In this document: piece after piece, positions 1 through 9,880 of the stretch
Position numbering within the stretch: position 1 is the first letter of the stretch
Layout of the letters: every line of letters starts with the position of its first letter
NCBI GenBank assembly: GCA_043810285.1
Contig: JBDROH010000022.1
Span: 8,484 to 72,483 of the forward strand
DNA: 64,000 nt
Reading direction: 5' to 3'
Source of the DNA: an archaeon
GTDB taxonomy: Archaea; Nanobdellota; Nanobdellia; Pacearchaeales; GW2011-AR1
The notes under the pieces: generated by a model
The model's input: the letters and a program-made list of their open reading frames with translations, nothing else
The model's database searches: none
What the model was told of the DNA's origin: nothing
Position numbers and translations under genes: made by a program

Positions 1-676
1 AAACATCTAGGTTAGAAGTCACAGGTCCAACCCTCTCCTCACAACTACTTAAAGCATTAAACCCAACACAATAAAGAGTAACATCATTACTAATCTCAGA
101 ACTCTTCATATAATCATAATTATCATACTTAAAGGAATCACCATCACAATAAAACTCAGCAGTCACATCATCGTCATCTGCACCACTAAAAAGAAAATAT
201 GCAGAATCTATTTCTTCACGAAACCAAAGAGTTCCTTCATCAGCATTATATATAGGTAAAAGAGTGCCAGAAGCAAAAGAGGTCCACCCGCTAGTTATCC
301 CCTCATAATTATTACCTGGATTTCCTGCATTACGTCCCCATTGAAAAGTCCAATTCTCAATCTCACAATTATCAGGATTAGCAACCACATAATCAGCAGC
401 AGTAGTAGAAATAATAGCAGGAACACCCGCAACACTACCCCAATTAGGCAAATCAGATTCACTATCACAAACCACCTTATCAGCCCTAACAGTTATACAC
501 GGCCCACAGTCCGAATCAGCACAATCAATCTGATCATCAAAATCGTTATCAATCTGATCATCACAAATTTCTGAAACACATAATGTATCTAAAGAAGCAC
601 TAACAATCCCTGTAGACAAAACACCAATCAATAACATCAAGAAAAAAGTTACACTAGAAAATTTCCTGAAATTCAT
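1..676 (-). CDS. Secreted/surface protein, runs off the left edge; signal peptide and Cys/Asp-rich putative Ca/metal-binding motif
   Basis: Not in the ORF track. ATG at 676; manual translation MNFRKFSSVTFFLMLLIGVLSTGIVSASLDTLCVSEICDDQIDNDFDDQIDCADSDC..., open to position 1. Confidence 0.75.
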   Translation of the reverse strand, partial: MNFRKFSSVTFFLMLLIGVLSTGIVSASLDTLCVSEICDDQIDNDFDDQIDCADSDCGPCITVRADKVVCDSESDLPNWGSVAGVPAIISTTAADYVVANPDNCEIENWTFQWGRNAGNPGNNYEGITSGWTSFASGTLLPIYNADEGTLWFREEIDSAYFLFSGADDDDVTAEFYCDGDSFKYDNYDYMKSSEISNDVTLYCVGFNALSSCEERVGPVTSNLDV

Positions 677-931
677 AAAGATTATAGAAAAAGTTTGTTT
701 ATAAATATTATCATTACCGAGGATATATTAAAAAATTTAAAGGATTACTCAAGGGTAATTAATTTAGAGCACAATATGTAATACAAACACAAAGAAGAAC
801 ATACAATATATTGATAAATAATTTACCCTACTCTTATTTAATAAAGAAAATTAGTCACCCTACACTTATCCTAACAAAAGATTATCCTCCAATCACGACA
901 AAACTTATATCTCCCCAAAACTCATAATTAC

Positions 932-1411
932 ATGACCAAACTTTCCCCAGAAAAATTTTTAGCAAAGAAACTAAAAGAGATAAATCAAAAAATAAAAACC
1001 TCTTTCGTTCTAATTCGAAAAGATGTCGACGAAATGCAAACAACAATCAACGCAATGCGAAGATACCTCAAAAACAAAGACGAACAATACAAATACGCAA
1101 AAAAAGAAGACAACAAAATCAGAGATGAATTCCGACAAGAGGTCAACGAGTTCACACAGAAAATTTCCTCCCTAAGAATTGCACTGTCTGAAGTAAGAAC
1201 AATCCAAAAAGAAGTTGTATTAATGAAAGATTTAGCAAAAATTGAGGACAAAATCAAAACCTCCTTCAAAAATGAAATAGAAAACTACAAAGAACAAATC
1301 AAACTATTAAGAACCGAATTTAAAGAAGTAGAAAAAAGAATTACTGCAATAGAAAACGGAGATGTTCTAGAAAAAACGAAAGGTTGGTTTTTCAATAAAA
1401 AGGATAAATGA
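932..1411 (+). CDS. Hypothetical coiled-coil protein
   Basis: 159-aa K/E-rich helical ORF; TATA-like TTATAT upstream. Confidence 0.7.
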   Translation: MTKLSPEKFLAKKLKEINQKIKTSFVLIRKDVDEMQTTINAMRRYLKNKDEQYKYAKKEDNKIRDEFRQEVNEFTQKISSLRIALSEVRTIQKEVVLMKDLAKIEDKIKTSFKNEIENYKEQIKLLRTEFKEVEKRITAIENGDVLEKTKGWFFNKKDK

Positions 1412-1414
1412 GAT

Positions 1415-2431
1415 TTATTTTAACTTTTCTACAGTCCTTTTACCGTCATCTCCAATATAAGCCACACGATTCCTACCATTTGCTTTCGCATAATACATAA
1501 GACCGTCAACTTCCTTAACAATCCAATTCGTAGCACATTGTGCGACAGACATATCGCGAATATTAGAATTATTTTCTACAACATAAGACTTAACAAAATT
1601 TCCAATTATCCCTACTCGTTTTCTAATCTCTTCCCTTGTTAACTCCTCTCTTTGAACAGGGGAATGATTCGTAGAATACCATCCGAAATAATTATTTAAC
1701 ATCCCCTCAAAATTAGGGTTATCATTAACATAATCAGATATTAACTGCTTCCCACTAGCCCCATACAGAAACCAAAGAGGATTTTCCTGATTTACTTCTA
1801 TAACGCCAGAACTAACAGTTACTGGTTTTCTATGTTTATTCCCTCTTCCATCTACAAAATTCACTTCTGTATCTTCAGTATGAGACTTTAATCTATACGC
1901 CACATCCAATGCATCCGCCTTTTTGGTGTTAGGCAACAAAACAAAAAATTCTTCTCCTCCATACCTAAATGCGACATCCGAATCCCGAATACTTTCTGAA
2001 ACAACACCACTTAAGGTTTTAAGAACAACATCTCCAGCATTATGACCATAAGTATCATTAAACGCCTTAAAACGGTCTATATCAAACATCATTACCGAAA
2101 AAGGATTACGAAGATTCCTATAAGTCGAAGCAAGTTGTTTTTTTAATTCAAAGTCTAAACACCTTCTATTAGATAATCCGGTTAGATAGTCTTTTGTTGA
2201 CAAATCCTTTGTCTTTTCATTTGCTTCATGAATAATATCTCTCAAGAATGAAATAGTATCAGAACTACATTTCCAATCCCTATCAAATATATTCTTCCAA
2301 ATTTCAGTACCTACATAGATTAAATCATTAGGATTTCCCAACGAACTAACCTCTTTTTTAATGCTCTCGGAACTAAGACCCTCATAACTAAGTCTTCTAA
2401 CGATTGAGTCCAATCCCTTATAACCGTTCAT
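1415..2431 (-). CDS. GGDEF-domain diguanylate cyclase
   Basis: DYLTGLSNRR, DIDRFKAFNDTYGHNAGD, RDSD(I-site)-VAFRY-GGEEF, AKANGRNRV. Confidence 0.92.
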   Translation of the reverse strand: MNGYKGLDSIVRRLSYEGLSSESIKKEVSSLGNPNDLIYVGTEIWKNIFDRDWKCSSDTISFLRDIIHEANEKTKDLSTKDYLTGLSNRRCLDFELKKQLASTYRNLRNPFSVMMFDIDRFKAFNDTYGHNAGDVVLKTLSGVVSESIRDSDVAFRYGGEEFFVLLPNTKKADALDVAYRLKSHTEDTEVNFVDGRGNKHRKPVTVSSGVIEVNQENPLWFLYGASGKQLISDYVNDNPNFEGMLNNYFGWYSTNHSPVQREELTREEIRKRVGIIGNFVKSYVVENNSNIRDMSVAQCATNWIVKEVDGLMYYAKANGRNRVAYIGDDGKRTVEKLK

Positions 2432-2585
2432 GATAAATTAACTTAAAATTAAGGTTTAAATAATAATGTATACTTTAACCTAATATTTTACAAACCAACA
2501 CTCTCAAATGTAATTACACTATTTCAGTAAAAGACACAACAATACTTAAAAACCATCCTCCCGATTTTCTTCAACAAGGTGCTAT

Positions 2586-4475
2586 ATGTGGTCATTATAC
2601 GAGCGAAAAAATGAAGATTCTAGTGATGGTGTAAACTTATTTGATTACTCTGGTGAAAAGCTCAAACCACTGAAATTCTCAAATGGAAAAACTCAAGAAG
2701 ACGTCGTCAAAGAAGTCCTCGAGACAATCAACGCCGGAAACAAACTAATTTTCATAAAAGGAATATGCGGAACTGGAAAGTCGGCAATTGCCCTAAATTT
2801 AGCAAGACACTTTAAAAAAACATCAATCGTCGTCCCAATAAAATCCCTCCAAGAGCAATACGAAAAAGATTACACTCAAAAAAAATTCATTATGAAAAAA
2901 GATAGTAATCCTTTAAAAATTGCAGTTATAAAAGGAAGAAATAATTTTAGATGTCCTTTTTCCGGAGAACGTTCCGATGACCCAGAACTTCCATGTACAA
3001 TCGAAATTAGAGAGAAAAATACTGAGCAACTTTTAAAATACATTGATATGAATGAAGCAGTAGAAAAAGAAAATTTCTCATCAGCGTCGGATGTCCGAAG
3101 AATGAACATTGCTCCTGCATGTCCTTACTGGGCACCACTAATGCCTTCAGAAATTAATCCAAAAGGGCTAAATGATGTCACCAAGAAAAAATATCAAGCA
3201 ATATGCGGAAAAGAATTTGCATTATTCTGTAGAAAAAAAGGATGTGGATATTACGACCAATACAAATCCTATATCGACGCTGACGTTCTTATTTTTAACA
3301 GTATGAAATATCAGATAGAAAGTTCAATAGGAAGAAAACCAAAAACAGATATAGATATTATAGATGAGTGCGACGAATTTCTTGATAGTTTTGCTAATGA
3401 ACGAAAAATTAATTTAAACAGATTACACTCGGCACTCTCAAATCTCCAACCAAACGACCAAGAAAAACGAACAAAAGTCAAGGAACTAATCAAAGAAATA
3501 AATAATATTTTGTTCAATCCTCCAACAATAGAAATTCAAAAAATAAACTCCTCCTCATTCCTCAACCTAATAGAAACAATTCTCAAAAACCCAAATCTTG
3601 CCGAAGACGAAGAACTCAGTTATTACAATACTGTAGTAGAAATTGCACGAACATTCGAAAATCTTCTAGATGAAACATATATTTCTATAGCTAAAATAGA
3701 AGAAGAAACCAAACAGAAAGGACTTTTTGGAACTAATTTCTCCAACGAGAAAACAGTAATACTAAATCTGGTTTCAATAAACTTAGCACAAAAAATTCAT
3801 GAACTAATTGAACAAAACAATATTCTAGTCATGATGTCTGGAACCCTTCATTCCGAACAAGTTTTAAAAGATATTTTTGGTTTAGAAGAATTTAAAATCA
3901 TCGAAGCTGAAATCGAAAGCCCTGGCATTATAAAAAAACAACGAACAGGTTTAGAAAAAAATTGTAACTTCTCCAACTTCTCAAATAAAACCATTACTAG
4001 AAAAATGTACCTTAAGATATTAGATATGTGTATGGCAAATGCCGAGCAACCAACTTTAGTTCACGTGAGTGCTTTCAAAGACCTCCCCACAGAAGAAGAA
4101 AATGCCGAATACAAATTTGAAAATTTAATCACTCAAGAAAAATTAAAGGAACTCCAATCAAGAGGAAATACTTCAGTAGATGAATTTACATCAGGTGAAG
4201 AAGATGTTCTATTCACCACAAAATGTTCGCGAGGAGTAGATTTTGCTGGAAACAAATGCAATTCTATTGTCATAACAAAATTTCCCTATCCAAATATTCA
4301 AGGACTCTTCTGGAAGATTCTCAAACAAGAACAACCTGAAAAATTCAAGGAGTTCTATATGGACAAAGCACGAAGAGATTTGATTCAAAAAATCGCAAGA
4401 GGGGTTAGATTCAAGGGAGATAAAGTTTCATTATGGAGTCCGGATATTAGAGTAATGAATGCTAACTTAAATTAA
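2586..4475 (+). CDS. DinG/Rad3/XPD-like SF2 helicase with Cys-rich (Fe-S) insert
   Basis: Walker A GICGTGKS, IKGRNNFRC, DECD box, MSGTL, RGVDF, Q-x-x-ARGVR. Confidence 0.8.
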   Translation: MWSLYERKNEDSSDGVNLFDYSGEKLKPLKFSNGKTQEDVVKEVLETINAGNKLIFIKGICGTGKSAIALNLARHFKKTSIVVPIKSLQEQYEKDYTQKKFIMKKDSNPLKIAVIKGRNNFRCPFSGERSDDPELPCTIEIREKNTEQLLKYIDMNEAVEKENFSSASDVRRMNIAPACPYWAPLMPSEINPKGLNDVTKKKYQAICGKEFALFCRKKGCGYYDQYKSYIDADVLIFNSMKYQIESSIGRKPKTDIDIIDECDEFLDSFANERKINLNRLHSALSNLQPNDQEKRTKVKELIKEINNILFNPPTIEIQKINSSSFLNLIETILKNPNLAEDEELSYYNTVVEIARTFENLLDETYISIAKIEEETKQKGLFGTNFSNEKTVILNLVSINLAQKIHELIEQNNILVMMSGTLHSEQVLKDIFGLEEFKIIEAEIESPGIIKKQRTGLEKNCNFSNFSNKTITRKMYLKILDMCMANAEQPTLVHVSAFKDLPTEEENAEYKFENLITQEKLKELQSRGNTSVDEFTSGEEDVLFTTKCSRGVDFAGNKCNSIVITKFPYPNIQGLFWKILKQEQPEKFKEFYMDKARRDLIQKIARGVRFKGDKVSLWSPDIRVMNANLN

Positions 4476-4482
4476 TTTATAC

Positions 4483-4593
4483 CTCCAATCACCGACGACC
4501 CTACTCGAGCATATTCAAGTGATATCGTATCGTTTGCTTTATACTAATTCACACTCAGACTTTTTAATGGTTATCGGTCTACTTATAGGTGAC
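4483..4593 (-). repeat. A-type repeat copy 1 (degenerate core, conserved GACCCTACTCGAGCAT...TTTGCTTTATACT, minus-strand BRE/TATA)
   Basis: Aligns by eye with 5224-5335 and 11123-11234. Confidence 0.75.
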
Positions 4594-4614
4594 AAAAGTT
4601 AGGGAGATATAAAA

Positions 4615-4761
4615 TTACTTCTGCTTCTTAAATAAAACAATTGTTAAAATAATGAAGAATATACCAGTTAATGAATACCAAATAAAGTTAGTTTCTGGTT
4701 CTGGAAAAAATAACAGAATAAGTAATCCAATAATTAATGAAATTATCCAAAGGTTTTTCAT
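4615..4761 (-). CDS. 48-aa small protein with two predicted TM helices
   Basis: MKNLWIISLIIGLLILLFFPEPETNFIWYSLTGIFFIILTIVLFKKQK; TTTAAATA box ~25 nt upstream. Confidence 0.6.
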   Translation of the reverse strand: MKNLWIISLIIGLLILLFFPEPETNFIWYSLTGIFFIILTIVLFKKQK

Positions 4762-4807
4762 ATTCTAATCAAGGATGAAACTTATTTAAACTAAACGCCC
4801 CCAACCA
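4721..4807. repeat. ~86-bp direct repeat copy 1 (att core, promoter, start of small ORF)
   Basis: Near-identical to 9881-9966. Confidence 0.9.
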
Positions 4808-4924
4808 TTTGTTAGATAGTTTTGGTACAAGTGCGTGTAGATTAAATATGGGCACAAAATCCCTTGAGTATTTAACAAATTCTTTTTTAGTTAAATAGAT
4901 ATATCTAATTTTTCTTATAAAGAT

Positions 4925-5193
4925 ATGAAGATTTCAGAAAGATAAAAAAAATTGCGAAGAAGATTAAAACCGAGATTAAAGTATACAAGGGTGTTTTAAA
5001 CGACAAAAGAACTCCAAAATTAGAAAAAATACTTCTCGGAGCTGGAATTGCATATTCTTTAAGTCCTATAGATATTATCCCAGATTTTATACCTATCTTA
5101 GGTTATGTTGATGATATAATACTCGTCCCTTTGTTGATATTTATAGGGTTAAAATTTATTCCAAGGAAAATCATTAAGAAGTATCGTTGGTAA
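4925..5193 (+). pseudogene. DUF1232/YkvA-family membrane protein, frameshifted near the start
   Basis: SPIDIIPDFIPILGYVDD motif; the ATG at 4925 is out of frame with it, and the shift falls just before the A-run at 4944-4951. Confidence 0.7.
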
Positions 5194-5223
5194 AATAAAA
5201 TTCCACCCTTGAATGTCACAAAA

Positions 5224-5335
5224 GTCCCAACCGGCTAAGACCCTACTCGAGCATCCTTACGGAATGTCATGTAGTTTGCTTTATTCTATTTGGTGGCTTT
5301 TCTTTTTAAATCTTGTCGGTCTACTTGTGGGTGAC
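5224..5335 (-). repeat. A-type repeat copy 2
   Basis: GTCCCAACCG core, GACCCTACTCGAGCATCCTTACGGAATG, TTTAAATCTTGTCGG, GGGTGAC. Confidence 0.8.
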
Positions 5336-5383
5336 ACCTCTTGGGGAGAAGATATAAATAAACCTAAATCAAGAGATTATCTG

Positions 5384-5569
5384 ATGAAAATACCTGAACT
5401 TGAAAAAAAATACGGGAAGGAATTAATTGACAAAATTTTGAAGGGTCATTATTTGGATGGCTGTACTATTGCGATAGTTAATGGCGAAGACGATATTCCT
5501 GAAGGCGATATAAGATTGGCAATTAGAGAAATAAATGGGGATGAAATTGGTAACTGGGAATGGGATTAA
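5384..5569 (+). CDS. Small acidic hypothetical protein (61 aa)
   Basis: The ORF-track 5' extension runs through the repeat; ATG 5384 follows a TATAAATA box. Confidence 0.55.
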   Translation: MKIPELEKKYGKELIDKILKGHYLDGCTIAIVNGEDDIPEGDIRLAIREINGDEIGNWEWD

Positions 5570-5706
5570 TTCATGCCTAAAAGGTTATATTTTTGTTATA
5601 TTTTCCTGCCTAAAAGGTTACAGTAACAAACTATCCCCTCGATAACACTGATAATATTTCCTGCCCAAATAGTAAGGTTTTTAAATAAAGAAAACCTGTT
5701 ATAATC

Positions 5707-6663
5707 ATGAGTCATATAGAAATTAAAAAAACAAAAAGTAATAATTACGCATCATTTGTAAAGAAGGTAGTTTTTATGGGAGAGTCATGCGTGATTAAGA
5801 AAAGCATGGGCCTGCAGTCTTCTACCCTTAACAAAGAAAAATTCTTATTGGATAATATTGACTTAATAACAAAAGAAGAATTTGATTTTAGAAAAAAATA
5901 TCTAAGCCAAATTATTTCCAAGATTTCTCATAATGAAAAATTACCTGAAAAAATAGAATTAGCTTCGATTAAATTAAATAATCTAATTGATGCCAAGGAT
6001 TGTCAGGAAGTGGTGGATATAGAATTTGCAAAGGAGTTTATTTTTAATTCAAATAATATTGAAGGTTCCAAAATTCCTCCACAGGCGGTTAGGGAAATTA
6101 TCGATAAGGGTGATACGAGATATTCGGATAAAAATGAAATTAAGGAAGTAAAGAATTCAATTGAGGCATTTAATTATTTGAAAAAATCATTTAAGTTTAA
6201 TATCCAGTCTATAAAAAAACTCTATCATGTTTTAACAAAAGATTTGGAAATGCAAAAAGGGGTTTCTTATCCGAGAGGTTTTAAGAAAGTTCAAAATGTT
6301 GTGGGGAATTCTATAACAACTGCTCCAGAAAATGTGGAGTCTGAGTTAATTGGTTTATTAAGGTGGTATAGAGAAAATAAAGGTAAAATTCATCCGTTAA
6401 TTTTGGCCTTTGAATTTCATAAGCGATATGAAGGTATACATCCTTTTTTAGATGGAAATGGGAGAACAGGAAGGCTGATTATGAATAAGATTTTGATGGG
6501 TAAGGGATACCAGCCTATAATCGTCTATAAGGAAAATAAGGAATCGTATTTTAATTCTTTGGCAAAAGTTAATGATGGAATGTCAAAAAAATATTATCAG
6601 TTTATGTTGGAACAAACTAGAAAGAGTTATGATTTTTTAGAAAGTGTTATAAAAAAATATTAA
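5707..6663 (+). CDS. Fic-domain protein (AMPylase, class II-like)
   Basis: HPFLDGNGRTGR catalytic motif; SNNIEG inhibitory-type motif N-terminal to it. Confidence 0.92.
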   Translation: MSHIEIKKTKSNNYASFVKKVVFMGESCVIKKSMGLQSSTLNKEKFLLDNIDLITKEEFDFRKKYLSQIISKISHNEKLPEKIELASIKLNNLIDAKDCQEVVDIEFAKEFIFNSNNIEGSKIPPQAVREIIDKGDTRYSDKNEIKEVKNSIEAFNYLKKSFKFNIQSIKKLYHVLTKDLEMQKGVSYPRGFKKVQNVVGNSITTAPENVESELIGLLRWYRENKGKIHPLILAFEFHKRYEGIHPFLDGNGRTGRLIMNKILMGKGYQPIIVYKENKESYFNSLAKVNDGMSKKYYQFMLEQTRKSYDFLESVIKKY

Positions 6664-6759
6664 GGATCAATTTACTCCTTGAATGACGGATAAATCCGAA
6701 ACACTACATTCTTGTCGTTTAGTCGTTTTTCCATTGGTGAGTGTGCGATGGAGACGATA

Positions 6760-6789
6760 TTTAAATCTTGTCGACCACTAAGGGGTGAC
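6760..6789 (-). repeat. Partial A-type repeat (promoter part only)
   Basis: TTTAAATCTTGTCGACCACTAAGGGGTGAC matches the right ends of the other A-type copies. Confidence 0.65.
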
Positions 6790-6809
6790 GGAAGTTAAGA
6801 AAAATATAT

Positions 6810-7331
6810 TTATTCTTCCAGTATATTTTCTATTAATGTTAAAAATTCTTTAGCCCTTTCTAAAGAAGTTTGAGCCTTTGATTTTTTAATATTTTCAGTA
6901 GTCTCATATTGAAATGTAGATCTTTTAACTTTTTCAAAACCATATTTTGTCAAATAATTATCACTAACAGATAAAGCTTCATCTTTTCCTATCTCATAAG
7001 CTTTCAAAAGATGATTTTTTATTTTATGTCTGCCTTGCACAATTAAACCCTCATTTACTACTTGATGGACAATTTCATGTTTTGTTTTGTATCCTAGTTT
7101 GTATAAATATGCACAAGCCATATAGAACATGGAATAATAACTACTCACAACCACCCATAGTGACGAAGAATTATTCTTGAATAATAGGTTGGCGACGCTT
7201 AGGCTCTCTCTTGCATTTCTCAAATAGGTCTCATAAATTAATGTTTTAGGCTTGTCTATTTCCGTTATTTTTCCGTCTCTCAAATAATTTTTGAAATTAT
7301 CTTCCGCTTGTTTTATTCTTTTTTCATCCAT
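6810..7331 (-). CDS. HEPN-domain protein (putative toxin of an MNT-HEPN pair)
   Basis: SYYSMFY helix, H-x-x-V, R-x-x-F-Q-Y; overlaps the upstream MNT gene. Confidence 0.8.
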   Translation of the reverse strand: MDEKRIKQAEDNFKNYLRDGKITEIDKPKTLIYETYLRNARESLSVANLLFKNNSSSLWVVVSSYYSMFYMACAYLYKLGYKTKHEIVHQVVNEGLIVQGRHKIKNHLLKAYEIGKDEALSVSDNYLTKYGFEKVKRSTFQYETTENIKKSKAQTSLERAKEFLTLIENILEE

Positions 7332-7909
7332 TCTGAAATTAAATTATAGTAATTCTCTTTCCCATAAAGTATAATGTTGTTTTTAATTATTTCGTTACCA
7401 AGATTATTTCCTTTCTTTTCTATCATTGAGGTAAATTCTTTTGAGGTAAATTCTTGTATTTCTAAGTTCAAAGATAATAGGCTTAGTTTCTCATTTAATA
7501 TTTTGGATTTAGATTCATTATCTAGAATTATGCAGATATCAATATCTGAATTCTTTGTGTTAGTTTTTTTAATATATGAACCAAATGCCAATACAGTTAG
7601 AAATGGGTAGTTTAATTCTTTGATATATTTTCTTATAACTTTTAAATTTAAATTTTTCGAGAAAAACTCTTCAGTTCTTTTTTCTTCTATTGAAAGAGTT
7701 TCTATATTGTTATTTTGATTAAATTCGATAAGATAGGAGTTTCCTTGCTTGCTTTTTAAATATGTTTTAGGATTTATTTTAGAGAGTGCTTGAGAAGTGT
7801 TTTTATAATCTGCTTTCAGTTTTTGAGAAATCTCCATGATAGAATGTGGAGATTCTTTGTTTTCGATTAAAAATTTCAATATCTTTTCTTTTAGGGTATA
7901 TTTTACCAT
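7313..7909 (-). CDS. HTH + minimal nucleotidyltransferase (MNT antitoxin)
   Basis: N-terminal wHTH; FGSY...SDIDI motif. Confidence 0.85.
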   Translation of the reverse strand: MVKYTLKEKILKFLIENKESPHSIMEISQKLKADYKNTSQALSKINPKTYLKSKQGNSYLIEFNQNNNIETLSIEEKRTEEFFSKNLNLKVIRKYIKELNYPFLTVLAFGSYIKKTNTKNSDIDICIILDNESKSKILNEKLSLLSLNLEIQEFTSKEFTSMIEKKGNNLGNEIIKNNIILYGKENYYNLISEWMKKE

Positions 7910-8021
7910 GATATTATGGTAGTATATACCTTATTTAAATCTTGTGTTTTTGTCAAAACCCTCTCAACCGCCTCCTGCCCTTAATATGTCGACTGACTGT
8001 TGGGATTATCTCTTTTTCTTC

Positions 8022-8177
8022 TTAATTAAAAAATAAATCAATGCTCCACCAGCTAAAATCAAAAATATAGTCTAAAATGATGTCAGAATTTTCTTTGGAT
8101 ATATCTGGAATGCCGTTTTTTACAGATTCTTTCCATAAAAGATATCTTTCTTCATGCTGATATGGGTCAACTTTCAT
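8022..8177 (-). pseudogene. Truncated N-terminus of a second, paralogous integrase
   Basis: MKVDPYQHEERYLLWKESVKNGIPDISKENSDIILDYIFD aligns with MEKRDPYKHKERYFRWLKENANGIGGISLRNSSLILAYLYD of 12644..13774. Confidence 0.8.
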
Positions 8178-8277
8178 TAATTTTAGAAGGATTCGCAAAT
8201 AAAAAGGTCATTGTATAAATGTTGTATTTTAGACATAGTATCCTATTACTTAAGGAGATATAAAAATGTTTAGAAAT

Positions 8278-8288
8278 CGCCCCAACCG
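8278..8288 (-). repeat. att-like core, exact copy of the tRNA-Asp 3' 11 nt
   Basis: CGCCCCAACCG is identical to 13914-13924. Confidence 0.8.
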
Positions 8289-8471
8289 CCGTGACTAGAT
8301 GAGTGTGTCTTTGGTAGGTGGATGGAATTTATTACCGTTTATTAAAATCAATTCCAATATCTTCTAAGATTTTAAGGGATTTTATAGTCTTGAAATAATA
8401 AACTTGTGCATCACTTCTCTTTTTAAAATATAAATAAAAACAAAATCCTGACAGGATCATCATAAACGATT

Positions 8472-9875
8472 TTATTTATGCTTTCCAAATATCTCTCTAA
8501 CATAAACGAACAAAACATCCATATTCATAGCCCACCGAAGAATAGTGCCCCTAAAAAACCCATATTTCTTTTCTTTAACAGGCTGAGAATAATCAAAAGT
8601 TTTATACCCAAATCCCCCAAAATATTTCTTAACATAACAATTTAATCCTGCTTCAACACGATATTTATATTTAAAATACTTAGGAAGAGTCTCCCAAACA
8701 ATTCTTCTCATTGCTCTTTCTCCAGAATTCAAAGCAATGAGACGAATCGTTTTTTGCATAAAATTACTCCTTAATCCAATAAACATATTGAAATCACCTC
8801 TTTTAACTGGTTCAATTATCCCTTTAATTATCTCTAAATTTAATCCTATCAGATCAGCATCACAAAAGAAAATAATATCTGCATCAGTTGAAAACACCCC
8901 TCTTTCCATCGATTCCGCCTTTCCAAGATTTTTCTCATTTTTAAAATATCTAACCTTTGGAAATTTTCTTACTATCTCATATGTATTATCCCTTGATCCA
9001 TCGTCAACAACAACAATTTCATCTATGGACTTGGATTTACTAATGACTTTTAGAACACTCCTTATTCTCTTGGACTCATTAAAAGAAGGTATTATTGCAG
9101 CAACCTTATTTTCATCTTTTTTCCCAAAAAGATTATTCTTTTCAATGAAATCTCCTATCACTCCACAGATTTCATCATCGTATTCTGAAAAAAACAAATT
9201 ATGAACTTTTGTATTAAAAATTTTCTGTTGTTTAACAAAAGATTTTACCTTTTTATTTATATCTCTTATAGAAGCATAATGACCAATTGGATCCAAATAT
9301 GAATGAATTGAAAGAATGGGACAATTTATATTTTCAAATTTTTCTCTCAATTTTTGAGCAGCTTGTTTTGAGATAAAAAATCCATTTACATGCATAAAGT
9401 CATAACTAAAAGCATTTTTTCTCTTTTCTTTTTCATTTTCACATCGATTTTTCCCCCAATATTTTTTATACTTTCTTAAAACCCCTATTCCCCACACATT
9501 AAAAGGAAATTTAAAAAGATAAGGTGGACAAACATCAAAGACACCAAGTATTGGATATTCTGAAGAAAAAGTTAATGCGAGCATAGCACCAAAACTAATC
9601 CCTCCAAGGATTATTCTTCTCCCTTTTCTAATGTCTTTTTCTAATTCTCTTTTAATTTGTTTAAAAAAATCTTCATATTCAAGATTATCTAGATCTTTTA
9701 CATTAGTTCCATGGCCACGTAAAAGAATAATTTTCACATTAGCATTAAATTTTTTATTCAAATAAGCTGGTAAATTGTTGAAATCTGTTGGGCTTCCAGT
9801 ATAGCCATGAATAAGAAAGAACTCCCGATTCGAATTAGCCTTCAATTCTATTGTTTTTACTTTTTCTTCAACCAT
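8472..9875 (-). CDS. Alpha/beta-hydrolase (carboxylesterase) fused to a GT2 glycosyltransferase
   Basis: LIHGYTGS and GISFG nucleophile elbow; IIPSFNE, VVDDGSRD, FCDAD. Confidence 0.85.
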   Translation of the reverse strand: MVEEKVKTIELKANSNREFFLIHGYTGSPTDFNNLPAYLNKKFNANVKIILLRGHGTNVKDLDNLEYEDFFKQIKRELEKDIRKGRRIILGGISFGAMLALTFSSEYPILGVFDVCPPYLFKFPFNVWGIGVLRKYKKYWGKNRCENEKEKRKNAFSYDFMHVNGFFISKQAAQKLREKFENINCPILSIHSYLDPIGHYASIRDINKKVKSFVKQQKIFNTKVHNLFFSEYDDEICGVIGDFIEKNNLFGKKDENKVAAIIPSFNESKRIRSVLKVISKSKSIDEIVVVDDGSRDNTYEIVRKFPKVRYFKNEKNLGKAESMERGVFSTDADIIFFCDADLIGLNLEIIKGIIEPVKRGDFNMFIGLRSNFMQKTIRLIALNSGERAMRRIVWETLPKYFKYKYRVEAGLNCYVKKYFGGFGYKTFDYSQPVKEKKYGFFRGTILRWAMNMDVLFVYVREIFGKHK

Positions 9876-9880
9876 TTTTT

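Noticed and set aside
341..574. 77-aa + strand ORF and the repeat ATCAATCTGATCATCA
   Set aside because: Shadow of the minus-strand surface protein gene; the repeat encodes its DDQID motif twice.
5213..5383. 5' extension of the 118-aa ORF in the track
   Set aside because: It runs through the non-coding A-type repeat; the real start is probably 5384.
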